The notes beneath the pieces are model-generated. The model was not told where the DNA came from, did no database searches, and saw only the letters and a program-made list of their open reading frames with translations. Below are positions 51,601-63,435 of a stretch of 64,000 nt of DNA, in pieces (within the stretch, counting starts at the first letter, position 1; each line of letters opens with the position of its first letter). The DNA is taken from contig NIVC01000067.1 in the NCBI GenBank assembly GCA_002269645.1, forward strand, positions 248,001-312,000. Direction: 5' to 3'. This DNA is from Macrostomum lignano (Eukaryota). Position numbers and translations under genes: made by a program.

Positions 51601-52031
51601 TAAATTTCTTTTTTTACAAAATTGCATTGCACAATTACTTATTTGCAAAAAAACTATAGATTTTTGCAAAAAAAACTATTTTTGTTCAAATTTGCTATTT
51701 GCATACATAACATTGGCAAGTCATGGGACTCTCACTAATTACAAAGTCTCTAACATCATTTCCTAGGTTTACCTAGTTTTTAATTTTAGGGAGCATTGTG
51801 TTGTGGTTTTATTAATAAACTAGGCCTATTAAAGAATTCATTTGTTGGTTAAAGCTAGACTTGTGTGATTTGGATTTTTTGTTTGTAAAAAACAAAACAA
51901 ATATTGCTTACTTCTCCATTGGTTTGGTTTACACCAAGATATATTTCTCCAAAAGATCCACTTCCAATTTTCTTTATTAGACGATACTTCTGATTTACAA
52001 TAAATTCCTTGTTGCTGGCACTGCTGGCCAT
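46086..52031 (-). CDS. CSNK1A1: Casein kinase I alpha, ~318 aa; exons 52031-51912, 48838-48732, 48316-48091, 47609-47539, 47446-47299, 46370-46086
   Basis: [73 protein letters not shown] (alpha-type), [75 protein letters not shown]. All six exons join in frame at GT-AG sites. Confidence 0.96.
46440..47230. repeat. 21-bp-monomer array with a 147-bp higher-order unit in the last CK1alpha intron
   Basis: The marker GCTTTG recurs at 46611, 46842, 46989, 47136 (11x21, 7x21, 7x21). Confidence 0.88.
47690..48075. repeat. 21-bp GT-rich minisatellite (TTGGGGATTTGGATTATTGGG) in CK1alpha intron 3
   Basis: Direct inspection. Confidence 0.88.
48370..48700. repeat. (GACA)n microsatellite in CK1alpha intron 2
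   Basis: Direct inspection. Confidence 0.92.
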
Positions 52032-53012
52032 GTTTTAATAACAAAAGAGAATGAATATTATCTTTAATAATTAGATCAGGCTGCCATAATAAAAGACCAT
52101 TACTAAAAATATTGAAAGGCTGAAAAATCTATTATAGCAAATCTTCTAGGCAAGCAAATCACCAGTAGGCTCAAAAGTCAATTGTTTATGTAGAATTAAA
52201 AACCAAGACTGTTGGTGATTTTTTCGCCGTTGAAGTGATGACTTTTCTTATGTAGACTTATTTGTATAAGAAAATATGCAACTAGGCTCATCAGTCATCT
52301 CACGCAATAGACAATAGTAAGTAAAATTTCAATCATCTGTGTGTATATGTTTAAAATATACGCTGTTACCATTTTTTTTAACTATAATTACTCCTCAGAG
52401 CAAAAGATAACTTTATTTCACAGATAAATACTAAATTATGATCTTTTTGTCCAGAAACTACACTTACGAGTTTATATCATTGTTTTAACTGACATTTGCT
52501 TTCATTTAACGGGTTTCTTTATGAGTCAATCATATTTGAAGGAGCTAGAATGCACCTCGGTTTTTATGCAATAAAAATAATATAAGATAAATAAATGAAT
52601 GTAACGTTAGGATAGCTAATACAAAGTGATGAATGGTGGCTGCAGTTTCATTGTATTTAAAATAAATTTTGCACTAAATTAATAATTTAATATTAATAAA
52701 TTAAACTAATGTACCAGTTGGTCAAATGTGAAAGAGAAAATTTCAAAACAGTTTTGACCATCAGTTGACTGTTTTTGTAGAATTGAAAGAGTAAAATTGC
52801 GTATCGAAAAGTTATGGGGCTTAATAAAAATGGGCGGTGTATTTGTTCCAATTTTCAATGAGTAAATAATTTAATATATTTAAAGTGCGAATTTTTATCT
52901 TAGTTATTACTGAATTTTCTGCACTGCGTTAAAAACTTAATTGCAGTTATTGTAGTTCAAAGAAAGAAGGTAGCTATAGCAGACTTCGAAGAACTGGAGT
53001 TCTCAGCGGCAG

Positions 53013-53562
53013 CTAACAGCACGGTTTGTAGGTGCACGTGGTCTGTGGCGGCTCGTCACACACATTTGTCGTGGTGGTGTAGGTTCGCTGAAAATTTTGA
53101 GGGTGCGTGTCTTTGTTTTCTTTTTCAATTTCTCAATGCGAACGCTTCAGCCAGTAACGATCTTGCATGTTACTCGTAGTTTGCAGTATTACTGCTGCTT
53201 ACCTTCTGCTCAGTAGCACAGCAGGTCTTTCCGCAAGGGTTGCACGCCGGAGCACACGGAGCGCAGGCCGGAGCACATGGGCTGCATGAAGGAGCGCAGG
53301 CCGGAGCACACGGAGCGCAGGCCGGAGCACACGGAGCGCAGGCCGGAGCACATGGGCTGCATGAAGGAGCGCAGGCCGGAGCACACGGAGCGCAGGCCGG
53401 AGCACATGGGCTGCATGAAGGAGCGCAGGCCGGAGCACACGGAGCGCAGGCCGGAGCACATGGGCTGCATGAAGGAGCGCAGGCCGGAGCACACGGAGCG
53501 CAGGCCGGAGCACATGGGCTGCATGAAGGAGCGCAGGAGACCTGGGTGCTGCAGAACGACAT
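53013..53562 (-). CDS. Cys/Pro/Ala-rich repeat protein, copy 1 (144 aa); exons 53562-53203, 53087-53013
   Basis: ATG preceded by an acceptor (ATTTCAG) and a short UTR. (CAPSCSPCAPACAPCAPA)n repeats, then CNPCGKTCCATEQK|GTAAGC...TTTTCAG|RTYTTTTNVCDEPPQTTCTYKPCC*. Confidence 0.8.
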
Positions 53563-54293
53563 GCTGACTGCTGGTTAGTTGAAGATGATGCTCTGAAATC
53601 AGGAGACGGATGTCGTTAGTGTTACTGTGAGTAGTAAAATATCGCAGTAAAGATGTTTTAAACAGTCGCTAATCCAATATACTAAAACTAAGCTGTTAAA
53701 TGATTTATAAGTTTGGTTAGTCCTAGGTAAGTTGGGACCTGCTGAATCATGCAGAATATTTTACTAAGGGCAAATTTGAAAACTTTGAAAGGACTTAAAT
53801 TAAAGGAACGCCTATTCTAGTAGTATGACAGTCCATATACTAAGTATGCTAGCTGTTAAATTATTTAGACACATTCTGTCTGCTGAGCAAAGGGGTCAGA
53901 TGAAAGTAAAAAAATATTATAACGTTAGGAAAACTGCTGTGCACTGTGATGAATAGCATCGCATTTTCAGTGTATTTTGATGGAATTGGTTGCAAGCGTT
54001 CTGATTCAGATTCTACTTCTAAATAGTATTTAAAGTGAAAGGGAGTAATTTAAAACACGTTTGAAAGTGAATTGACTATTTTTATAGGCTTTTAATCCAT
54101 TTTTAAGAGTGAAAGAGTAGATCTAAAAGTCATGGGTCTTAAAAATGTGCCGTGAATTTGTTTCTTATTCAAGAAGTTCTTATTGTTTAAAGTGCGTTTC
54201 GTGACTGTGTTAAAAACTGAATTGCAGTGTTATTGTAGTCCAAAGAAAGAAGCTAGCAGATTTCGAAGAACTGGAGTTCTCAGCGGCATGCAG

Positions 54294-54722
54294 CTAGCAG
54301 CAGGGCTTGTAGGTGCACGTGGTCTTGGGCGGGTCGTCACACACCTTTGTCGTGGTGGTGTAGGTTCGCTGAAAATGTTGATTGTGCGCCTTTGGTTTGT
54401 TTCAAATTTTCGATGCAAACGCTTCAGATGTACTTTAGAGGCCATTCAGTAATGACCGTGCATGTTAGTTTATTGACACTGCATGCTTAATTACCTTCTG
54501 CTCAGTAACGCAGCAGGTCTTTCCGCAAGGATTGCACGCCGGAGCACAGGGAGCGCAGGCCGGGGCACAGGGAGCGCAGGCCGGAGCACAGGGAGCGCAG
54601 GCCGGAGCACAGGGAGCGCAGGCCGGAGCACAGGGAGCGCAGGCCGGGGCACACGGAGCGCAGGCCGGAGCACATGGGCTGCATGAAGGAGCGCAGGAGA
54701 CCTGGGTGCTGCAGAACGACAT
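54294..54722 (-). CDS. Cys/Pro/Ala-rich repeat protein, copy 2 (100 aa); exons 54722-54495, 54368-54294
   Basis: Near-identical N-terminus to copy 1 (MSFCSTQVSCAPSCSP), (CAPACAP)n, CNPCGKTCCVTEQK|...|RTYTTTTKVCDDPPKTTCTYKPCC*. Flanks are duplicated with copy 1. Confidence 0.8.
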
Positions 54723-55357
54723 GCTGACTGCTGGTTAGTTGAAGATGATGCTCTGAAATCAGGAGCCAGATGCCTTTAGTGTTACTGTGAGTAGTAAAAT
54801 ATTGCAATAACGATGTTTTAAACAATTAAGCCTAAATTTAATAGCCTAACTCTATTCCATAAGCTGTTACATGATTTATGAGTTTGGTTAGTCCTAGGGT
54901 AAGTTGGGACCTACTGCATCATGCAGAATATTTTACTGAGGGCAAATTTGAAAACTTTAAAAGGATTTAAATAAGGAAACTTTATTCTAGTTTGACAGGT
55001 GACATCAATATTCTGCCTAAGTGAGAGCTGTTTAATAGACGTAAAATAATACGAAATCAAGCAGCCACACGAGGAGACAACCAAAGGCCAATTAGTATCT
55101 AAAAGTCTAATAGAACAGTAATCTTGTGTATCAAAAAGTTGGACTTATTTTTTCAAAATGTTCTTAGATTTGACCGGAATAAATGACAATATTTTTGTGA
55201 GCGCTCAGTCGGAGTGCTGGCTCGCTGGAGTGAAGCTATAATTTGTTGTGGTCCAGGAGTAAAGCAAGCTGTTAATGTTCAGTTCATAGTGGCTGGTTGT
55301 CAGACTGAGATCCTTTCTGCATTGCTGCTGGTTGTCATGACCAGATCTCGCTTTTTT

Positions 55358-57136
55358 CTAGTAGCACGGACGGCCGCCCTTGTAAGATTTCGTGTCGTAA
55401 TAGCAGGTGGTCTTGGCTGGCTGGTCGCACACTTTAGTGGTAGTCAGGTAGGTCCTCTGTAAGAGTGGCGACTTGATGATTAATTGATTGTACGCAACAC
55501 GGATTGGAAATTTCAAAAAGAGAGGAGGGGAGAGGAGAGCAGGGGAGAGGAGAGGAGAGCAGGGGAGAGGAGAGGAGAGCAGGGGAGAGGAGAGGAGAGG
55601 AGAGCAGGGGAGAGGAGAGGAGAGCAGGGGAGAGGAGAGGAGAGGAGAGCAGGGGAGAAGAGAGGAGAGCAGGGGAGGGGAGAGGAGAGGAGAGCAGGGG
55701 AGAGGAGAGGAGAGCAGGGGAGGGGAGAGGAGAGGAGAGCAGGGGAGAGGAGAGGAGAGGAGAGTAGGGGAGGGGAGAGGAGAGGAGAGCAGGGGAGGGG
55801 AGAGGAGAGGAGAGCAGGGGAGAGGAGAGGAGAGGAGAGCAGGGGAGGGGAGAGGAGATGAGAGTAGGGGAGGGGAGAGGAGAGGAGAGCAGGGGAGGGG
55901 AGAGGAGAGGAGAGCAGGGGAGAGGAGAGGAGAGGAGAGCAGGGGAGAGGAGAGGAGAGGAGAGCAGGGGAGGGGAGAGGAGAGGAGAGTAGGGGAGGGG
56001 AGAGGAGAGGAGAGCAGGGGAGGGGAGAGGAGAGGAGAGCAGGGGAGAGGAGAGGAGAGGAGAGCAGGGGAGAGGAGAGGAGAGGAGAGCAGGGGAGGGG
56101 AGAGGAGAGGAGAGCAGGGGAGGGGAGAGGAGAGGAGAGCAGGGGAGAAGAGAGGAGAGCAGGGGAGGGGAGAGGAGAGGAGAGCAGGGGAGAGGAGAGG
56201 AGAGCAGGGGAGGGGAGAGGAGAGGAGAGCAGGGGAGAGGAGAGGAGAGGAGAGCAGAGGAGAGGAGAGGAGAGCAGGGGAGATGAGAGGAGAGGAGAGG
56301 AGAGGAGAGGAGAGGAGAGGAGAGCAGGGGAGAGGAGAGGAGAGCAGGGGAGAGGAGAGGAGAGCAGGGGAGAGGAGAGGAGAGCAGGGGAGAGGAGAGG
56401 AGAGTAGGGGAGGGGAGAGGAGAGGAGAGCAGGGGAGAGGAGAGGAGAGCAGGGGAGAGGAGAGGAGAGCAGGGGAGAGGAGAGCAGGGGAGAGGAGAGG
56501 AGAGCAGGGGAGAGGAGAGGAGAGTAGGGGAGGGGAGAGGAGAGGAGAGCAGGGGAGAGGAAAGGAGAGGAGAGGAGAGGAGAGCAGGGGAGAGGAGAGG
56601 AGAGCAGGGGAGGGGAGAGGAGACCAGAGAAGGCGAGAATAGACGAGAGGAGAAGAGGAGAGGTAATAGAATGGAGAAGAGAGGGGGATAGGAAGGGTAT
56701 AATTATTTCGTCTATTCACCAAAGAAAAAATGCAACTTCAAAGATTAAAAAACGTTAATTTTTTTTCAACCCGAACCAGTACGTTTTTGCATCATCCTTT
56801 TAAAGTTCGACCTTCGGAAATTGGACAGGGGTGCCAGCGATATGTGCTCACCTTCTGCTCGGTGGAGCTGCACGACTTGCCACACGGCTGGCTGCAGGTC
56901 ACGGTTGGCGCGCAGGCTGGCGCGCAGGTTGGCGCGCAGGCTGGCGCGCAGGCGGGTGCAGCGATGGCGCAGGGCGCGGCTGCCGCAGCCGGGGCGCAGG
57001 CTGGAGCAGCCAGAGTGTACGCTGGCGCCTGCACGCAGGGCACAGAGGCGTAGGACGCGGCGCACTGAACGTAGGGCCCCGGAGCGGAGTAGTACAGACC
57101 GCACGGGTTGGTGCCGTATGTGTAGCTGTAGGCCAT
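55358..57136 (-). CDS. Cys/Pro/Ala-rich protein, divergent copy 3 (127 aa); coding exons 57136-56852, 55456-55358; probable non-coding first exon ending at 57488
   Basis: MAYSYTYGTNPCGLYY...CAPACAPTCAPACAP...QPCGKSCSSTEQK|GTGAGC...TTACAG|RTYLTTTKVCDQPAKTTCYYDTKSYKGGRPCY*. Same intron position and phase as copies 1 and 2. Confidence 0.75.
55520..56690. repeat. (GGAGA)n/GCAGG purine-rich array filling the intron of Cys-rich copy 3
   Basis: Direct inspection. Confidence 0.92.
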
Positions 57137-57595
57137 CTTCTGCGGTGAGAAATTTTTTGCGGGAAAATATGAGCGCGAGGCTTCGGGGGGCAAAAATTCA
57201 TTGGGGAATTGCTGGAGAAGTCAAGGTAAGAAGTCAAGGATTCCGGGGGGATCGCAAAAATGCTTTGACTCTTGGGGACACAACGCCAAAAACCAAAATG
57301 CATCCTACTTCACATTGCCTAAGGTTCACAATCTACTTTCTACATGTAGTAAGTAGTTCAAAAATTTTATACATTTCTCTGTTGCCTCCCCAACGGGGGA
57401 CGCAGATTGCTAGTCTAATATACTAAAATAATTCTCAAGTAACTAATAAATTATTCCAAGACAGAGACAACAGACAAAGCAGCTTACCTCGATGCTGATT
57501 TCGACTCTTTAATAAAAGTTATTGTTGTCCTTTCAGAAGCTTAAAGCTGATTGAGCTCGATGTAAACTGCAGTCTGTTTCAGCTCTGAGACCGGT

Positions 57596-57606
57596 CTTAT
57601 TTATCC
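57596..57606 (-). promoter_or_regulatory. TATA-like element GGATAAATAAG upstream of Cys-rich copy 3
   Basis: Lies ~110 nt upstream of a strong donor (GAG|GTAAGC at 57487), whose intron would end at the acceptor 3 nt before the ATG. Confidence 0.35.
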
Positions 57607-57989
57607 TATTTTTCGACAAGGGAAGTCTCTAGATTTTTGTCGGTTCCTGTCTGATGCGAACCTTCTCAAGCCATTGCTTCCGCCATTTTTAACTTCATGT
57701 GCGCAGATCATTGAGAATGCAGTTTGAAAACGATTTTAAGCTACCCTGAGCCTTACAGTTCGATGTTGGAATACTTTCATATCCGGACTTTGCTTTATTG
57801 GCGACCCGGTCTCTGCACCCTAGCGGTGCCGTTCGAAATGCTTTCTGCTTTGATTGCTTTGTTCAATATGTAATTATATTAGAGTTAGTCTCAGCTTATG
57901 GTTGTTTATTAATAATTTGCATAAAAATATCTACATGCTAGATAGCCTGTCTTGCTGACCTTATCTTTAGCGCTTCTGACACCATCTTC

Positions 57990-59100
57990 GTGTCAGGAGA
58001 CAGACAGGAATGGATAATGGGGATAGACAGGAGTGGATAATGGGGAGAGAAAAGAGTGGATAATGGGGACAGACAGGAGTTTATAAAGACAGACAGGAAT
58101 GGATAATGGGACAGAAAGGAGTGGATAATGGAGACAGAGAAGAGTGGATAATGGGGAAGGACAGGATCGGATAATGGGGACAGAGAAGAGTGGATAATGG
58201 GGACAGAAAGGAGTGGATAATGGGGACAGACAGGAGTGGATAATGGGGACAGACAGGATCAGATAATGGGGACAGTGAAGAGTGGATAACGGGGACAGAC
58301 AGGATCGGATAATGGGGACAGAGAAGAGTGGATAATAGGGACAGACAGGATCGGATAATGGGGACAGAGAAGAGTGGATAATGGGGACAGAGAAGAGTGG
58401 ATAATGGGGACAGACAGGAGTGGATAATGGGGACAGAGAAGAGTGGATAATGGGGACAGAGAAGAGTGGATAATGGGGACAGAGAAGAGTGGATAATGGG
58501 GACAGACAGGAGTGGATAATGGGGACAGAGAAGAGTGGATAATGGGGACAGACAGGAGTGGATAATGGGGACAGAGAAGAGTGGATAATGGGGACAGAGA
58601 AGAGTGGATAATGGGGACAGAGAAGAGTGGATAATGGGGACAGAGAAGAGTGGATAATGGGGACAGAGAAGAGTGGATAATGGGGACAGAGAAGAGTGGA
58701 TAATGGGGACAGACAGGATCGGATAATGGGGACAGAGAAGAGTGGATAATGGGGACAGAGAAGAGTGGATAATGGGGACAGACAGGATCGGATAATGGAG
58801 ACAGAGAAGAGTGGATAATGGGGACAGAGAAGAGTGGATAATGGGGACAGACAGAAGTGGATAATGGAGACAGACTGAAGTGGATAATGGGGACAGACAG
58901 AAGTGGATATTGGGGACAGACATAAATGGATAATGGAGACAGACAGGAGTGGAGAATGGGGACAGACAGGAGTGGATAATAGGGACAGACAGGAGTGGAT
59001 AATAGGGACAGACAGGAGTGGATAATGGAGACAGAAAGGAGTGGATAATGGAGACAGACAGGAGTGGATATTGGGGACAGACATACAGACAGACTGGAAT
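57990..59100. repeat. 23-bp minisatellite (GTGGATAATGGGGACAGAGAAGA)
   Basis: Direct tandem repetition. Confidence 0.92.
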
Positions 59101-59529
59101 GAATGACTGGAGACAGGCTGAAGTTAACACAGAATAATTCTTATAGAAATGTGAGTGGCCTGCAAGAATGTTGCATACTGATGATGGCGCCTGCTAGTTA
59201 CCAAGGGCTTAGTGGTGCTTGCTAGCTATACACTTATACAATTAAGAGATGGAAATGAATTGATAAAGAAATGAAATACGCAAATTTGTTTGTATATTTC
59301 CGGCCATTTTGCGTAAATATTCGCCATTTCCGGCAATGCAATTCAGTTTTAAAAGAACTGGGCTTCGGTTGGATGCTATTTAACTAATACGCCTCAGATT
59401 GCCTAATATGGAAGCTGCGGGCTGCTTGCAGTAGAAGAGAATGAATAAAATGCAGATTGCAATAGAGGGTGTGAGTGTACTGTGTTTGCATTTATCACAT
59501 AGATCACCGGGCGTCAGACACGGCTGTTG

Positions 59530-60115
59530 GAGAGAGGCATAGAGAGGGAGAGCATAGAGGGAGGGCATAGAGAGGGAGGGCATAGAGAGGGAGGGCATAG
59601 AGAGGGAGGGCATAGAGAAGGAGAGCATAGAGAGAGAGGGCATAGAGAGGGAGGGCATAGAGAAGGAGGGCAGAGGGAGGGCATAGAGAGGGAGGGCATA
59701 GAGAGGGAGAGCATAGAGAGTGAGGGCATAGAGAGGGAGAGCATAGAGAGTGAGGGCCTAGAGAGGGAGAGCATAGAGAGGGAGGGAATAGAGAGAGAGG
59801 GCATAGAGAGGGAGGGCATAGAGAGGGAGAGCATAGAGAGGGAGAGCATAGAGATGGAGGGCATAGAGAGGGAGAGCATAGAGAGGGAGGGCATAGAGAG
59901 GGAGAGCATAGAGATGGAGGGCATAGAGAGGGAGAGCATAGAGATGGAGGGCATAGAGAGGGAGAGCATAGAGAGGGAGGGCATAGAGAGGGAGAGCATA
60001 GAGATGGAGGGCATAGAGAGGGAGAGCATAGAGAGTGAGGGCATAGAGAGGGAGAGCATAGAGAGGGAGGGCATAGAGAGGGAGAGCATAGAGAGTGAGG
60101 GCATAGAGAGGGGGC
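59530..60115. repeat. 15-bp minisatellite (GCATAGAGAGGGAGG)
   Basis: Direct tandem repetition. Confidence 0.9.
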
Positions 60116-61659
60116 GATGAGAATGGGGGCGAAGGCAGTGGCTGAAATAGCTGTAGTGTGAAATCATATTTTAGGAAGAAAAGAGTCTGCACCAAAAACA
60201 CTTGAAATCTTGTGTAAGTAAACTTATGCCAAACTGAATGTGCTGCCTGGGCAAATTATCAGTATATTTATTAGTAAAATTTTAATTTTGTCACTCTACC
60301 GTATATGGATATGGTATAGCATAGTGTAATAACAAGTTGCGGTTTCAAAAAGAAAAAATGACATGTACTTTTGGAAGGAAGTGGTTGAATACAGATCGCG
60401 TCTTGCATACCAGATCATGCATTTATATAGTTAGACTGCTTTAGCAAGGCTGATTTTGCCAAAAAAAAGTGCTAATGATCAGCTTTTCAAACAGTACAAA
60501 CGCAGTACCTGGTACGAAGCAATTGCAATCTTTGTAGACCGATGGGTATTTACTAACTTAGTTCAAAGCTATATAATTATTCGAAGTCTCACCTTCAAGC
60601 CATCAAGTATCGTTATGAGTCGCCAGAAAGGCAGAAATCTTTATGTTGATAGAAACAGCTAGAGAGACAGACGCCGTCGTTAGAGCGGTTTGGGGCTGTT
60701 TTATAGTGTGTAAAGCGCGGACTGCATATTGTTAACAACGCCCACGGACCACTGCAAGGGGAGGGGGGTGCAGACTGCAGGCTAGAGTATCTAGAATGTG
60801 CGCACAGGCATACCACTACAGGCGCAGCTGCTGCTGCCGCATTGAAAAAACACCCCCCCACCGCCTATATACGCGCAGAAATGTTGTATTAAGACTAGCA
60901 AGCCCTGCCCCCCTCCGGGGGGGGAGATAGCGGCAGGCTTAGCTCAGCCACATATAGCCCCTTCTCTCCTCTGTGCCGTGTGCACGCCAGGGCGCGCGAT
61001 CGCTGAGACGGCCGTCCGTCCCAGACCGAAATTCTCTCCGCCTCTCTAATAGTCTGAGCTAGAAATCCTTGAACACAGACCTGCAGCTGCCCGCAGTAGA
61101 ATTAGCCAACCCCTCACCCCAGCAGACTGTAACTACTATTGTACTGTACATAGCTCCGCGTGATGATTAGCTTTCCAAAATTAGAAGATCCAGTTTTTCA
61201 AAGCAGAAAAATGCGCCCTGTGCCCCCCCCCCTCTTTCTCACGCTGCTATCAACTAACTCTCTCACTCAATTGGAGTTTTAGGCTAATCGATAGTTGCTA
61301 AGCTACGAACCGCCCCTCCAACACCCCATGCAGTGGCCCTATGCAGCACGCTTAGTCGCATACCGAAGCCCACCCCTAACCCCCACTAACCTCTTTTATT
61401 ATGCGAATTCAGAATTTGTTTTGAGTTTAAAACATATAGCTTGGAAATTCCAGTACAGCTGCTATTCAAGTGCAGGGGCTCAGGGGGGGGGGGCACAGAG
61501 ACCACTGCAGGTGCTGCGTGCAGTTTTTTACGGCATGGCAGCGACAGGAGGCGGGCGTATTCACAACGTATTGAACAAAATCTTCATTTGAATGAGTCTA
61601 CATGTAAAATATGATACCATTTTTCTGCCCTGCCCTTCAAAGCACAATTGTCAATCATA

Positions 61660-61810
61660 TGAAAAAATACTTACAGATACTTACAGATACTTACAGATAC
61701 TTACAGATACTTACAGATACTTACAGATACTTACAGATACTTACAGATACTTACAGATACTTACAGATACTTACAGATACTTACAGATACTTACAGATAC
61801 TTACAGATAC
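61660..61810. repeat. 10-bp tandem repeat (TTACAGATAC)
   Basis: Direct tandem repetition. Confidence 0.92.
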
Positions 61811-61914
61811 TGCTGGTAAAATTGTTGAGAGCATACCGTAATTTCATATAGTTACCCGCAACTAGTTGATTGATAGAGACTTTATATCCGCTTCTAAATA
61901 AATAAATAAATAAA

Positions 61915-62360
61915 CACTAACTGCTCAGCTGTGAGAGTCTAACTGCTCAGCTGTGTGAGAGTCTAACTGCTCAGCTGTGAGAGTCTAACTGCTCAGCTGT
62001 GTGAGAGTCTAACTGCTCAGCTGTGTGAGAGTCTAACTGCTCAACTGCGTGAGAGTCTAACTGCTCAACTGCGTGAGAGTCTAACTGCTCAGCTGTGTGA
62101 GAGTCTAACTGCTCAGCTGTGTGAGAGTCTAACTGCTCAGCTGTGTGAGAGTCTAACTGCTCAGCTGTGAGAGTCTAACTGCTCAGCTGTGTGAGAGTCT
62201 AACTGCTCAGCTGTGTGAGAGTCTAACTGCTCAGCTGTGTGAGAGTCTAACTGCTCAGCTGTGAGAGAGTCTAACTGCTCAGGTGTGAGAGTCTAACTGC
62301 TCAGCTGTGTGAGAGTCTAACTGCTCAGCTGTGTGAGAGTCTAACTGCTCAATAGCGTGA
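61915..62360. repeat. 23/25-bp minisatellite (GAGAGTCTAACTGCTCAGCTGTGT)
   Basis: Direct tandem repetition. Confidence 0.9.
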
Positions 62361-63173
62361 TCGGGTTTTCGAAATTGCGAGAGACCCTGGCTTAAAGTGA
62401 TCGTGAGAGTCTAATTGCTTTTAGTTTGAGACTCTTGAACAATATTTGTCAAATTGTACACGTAAATCATTTGACAGATATCTACCTCTCTGCACGGTTG
62501 ATCAAAGTTGCTAAAGCATGTTATTATAGCTGAGAGAAGAAACCAGAACAGCACATACTGTACTTTGTAGTTTATGAATTTATTTGTTGCTGCTTATTGC
62601 AGACTTAGTAAGATTTGATAATTGAACAATAAGGACATATTCACGTATACTGTAAACTATGTACATTAGTTTATAAATTTTATGTCCACGATAATTGTTC
62701 ACTTTCGAATGAAATTATGGCCTCCGCACAGTACACTCGATAGTACCTATTGCGGTCTGTGAAACGATTTGATCTAAATATAAAACACATATACACGTAC
62801 GTCTACACGCCAATGATCTCATCTTTACTCTATTATGAAAATACATTCATAATAGAGTAAAGATTTTAATTTTTACTAAACATTACTACATTAATTTTTT
62901 GGCAGCAGAGGCCTAAAAACATGTGCAGGTGTCATTTTTAGCATTATAATTTTCTCGAAGAACACAATATTTTATTTTTGCACTGAGTGGTTGGTTGAAA
63001 TTTAAATAGTGTAGCGAGTCCGGGAAGTTTTAGATTCACTTAGCGAAGGCGAAGGAGACTAGGTGCGCTACTATTAGTAGCATATGTTGAGCAGCTACGC
63101 CTGTCAGGCCTGGACGATTTACATAAGAAATCGTTCTGTCTTACGAGTACTATAAAATGCGTAAACTGATCTG

Positions 63174-63435
63174 GGGCCTTTTCATATAATTACCAATTCC
63201 AGAACCAGAATCGGTTCTGAATTCCAAGAAAAACAGCAGTATAACTATTAAACTCTGTTAATATTTGACTGCCTTAACAACCTAACTTGGCACAATTTTT
63301 CACTTTCTTCTTGGCGATTTTCGTTCAATAATAAAAACTTATAGCACGTATCTCCCTCTAGTTATGGAGACAAAAAGTTATACTTCACAAATTGGTTCTG
63401 GTTCTGGAACCAGAACAAGCAATATGAAAAGGCCC
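63174..63435. mobile_element. PIF/Harbinger-type MITE (262 bp)
   Basis: Perfect 14-bp TIRs GGGCCTTTTCATAT (63174-63187) / ATATGAAAAGGCCC (63422-63435); 3-bp CTG target-site duplication on both sides; subterminal TTCCAGAACCAGAA inverted pair. Confidence 0.8.

Noticed and set aside
53013-57136. Calling the Cys-rich genes metallothioneins
   Set aside because: The Pro/Ala-dominated CxP spacing and the Thr/Tyr-rich C-terminal module do not fit typical Lys/Ser-rich CxC/CC metallothionein clusters; kept only as an alternative hypothesis.
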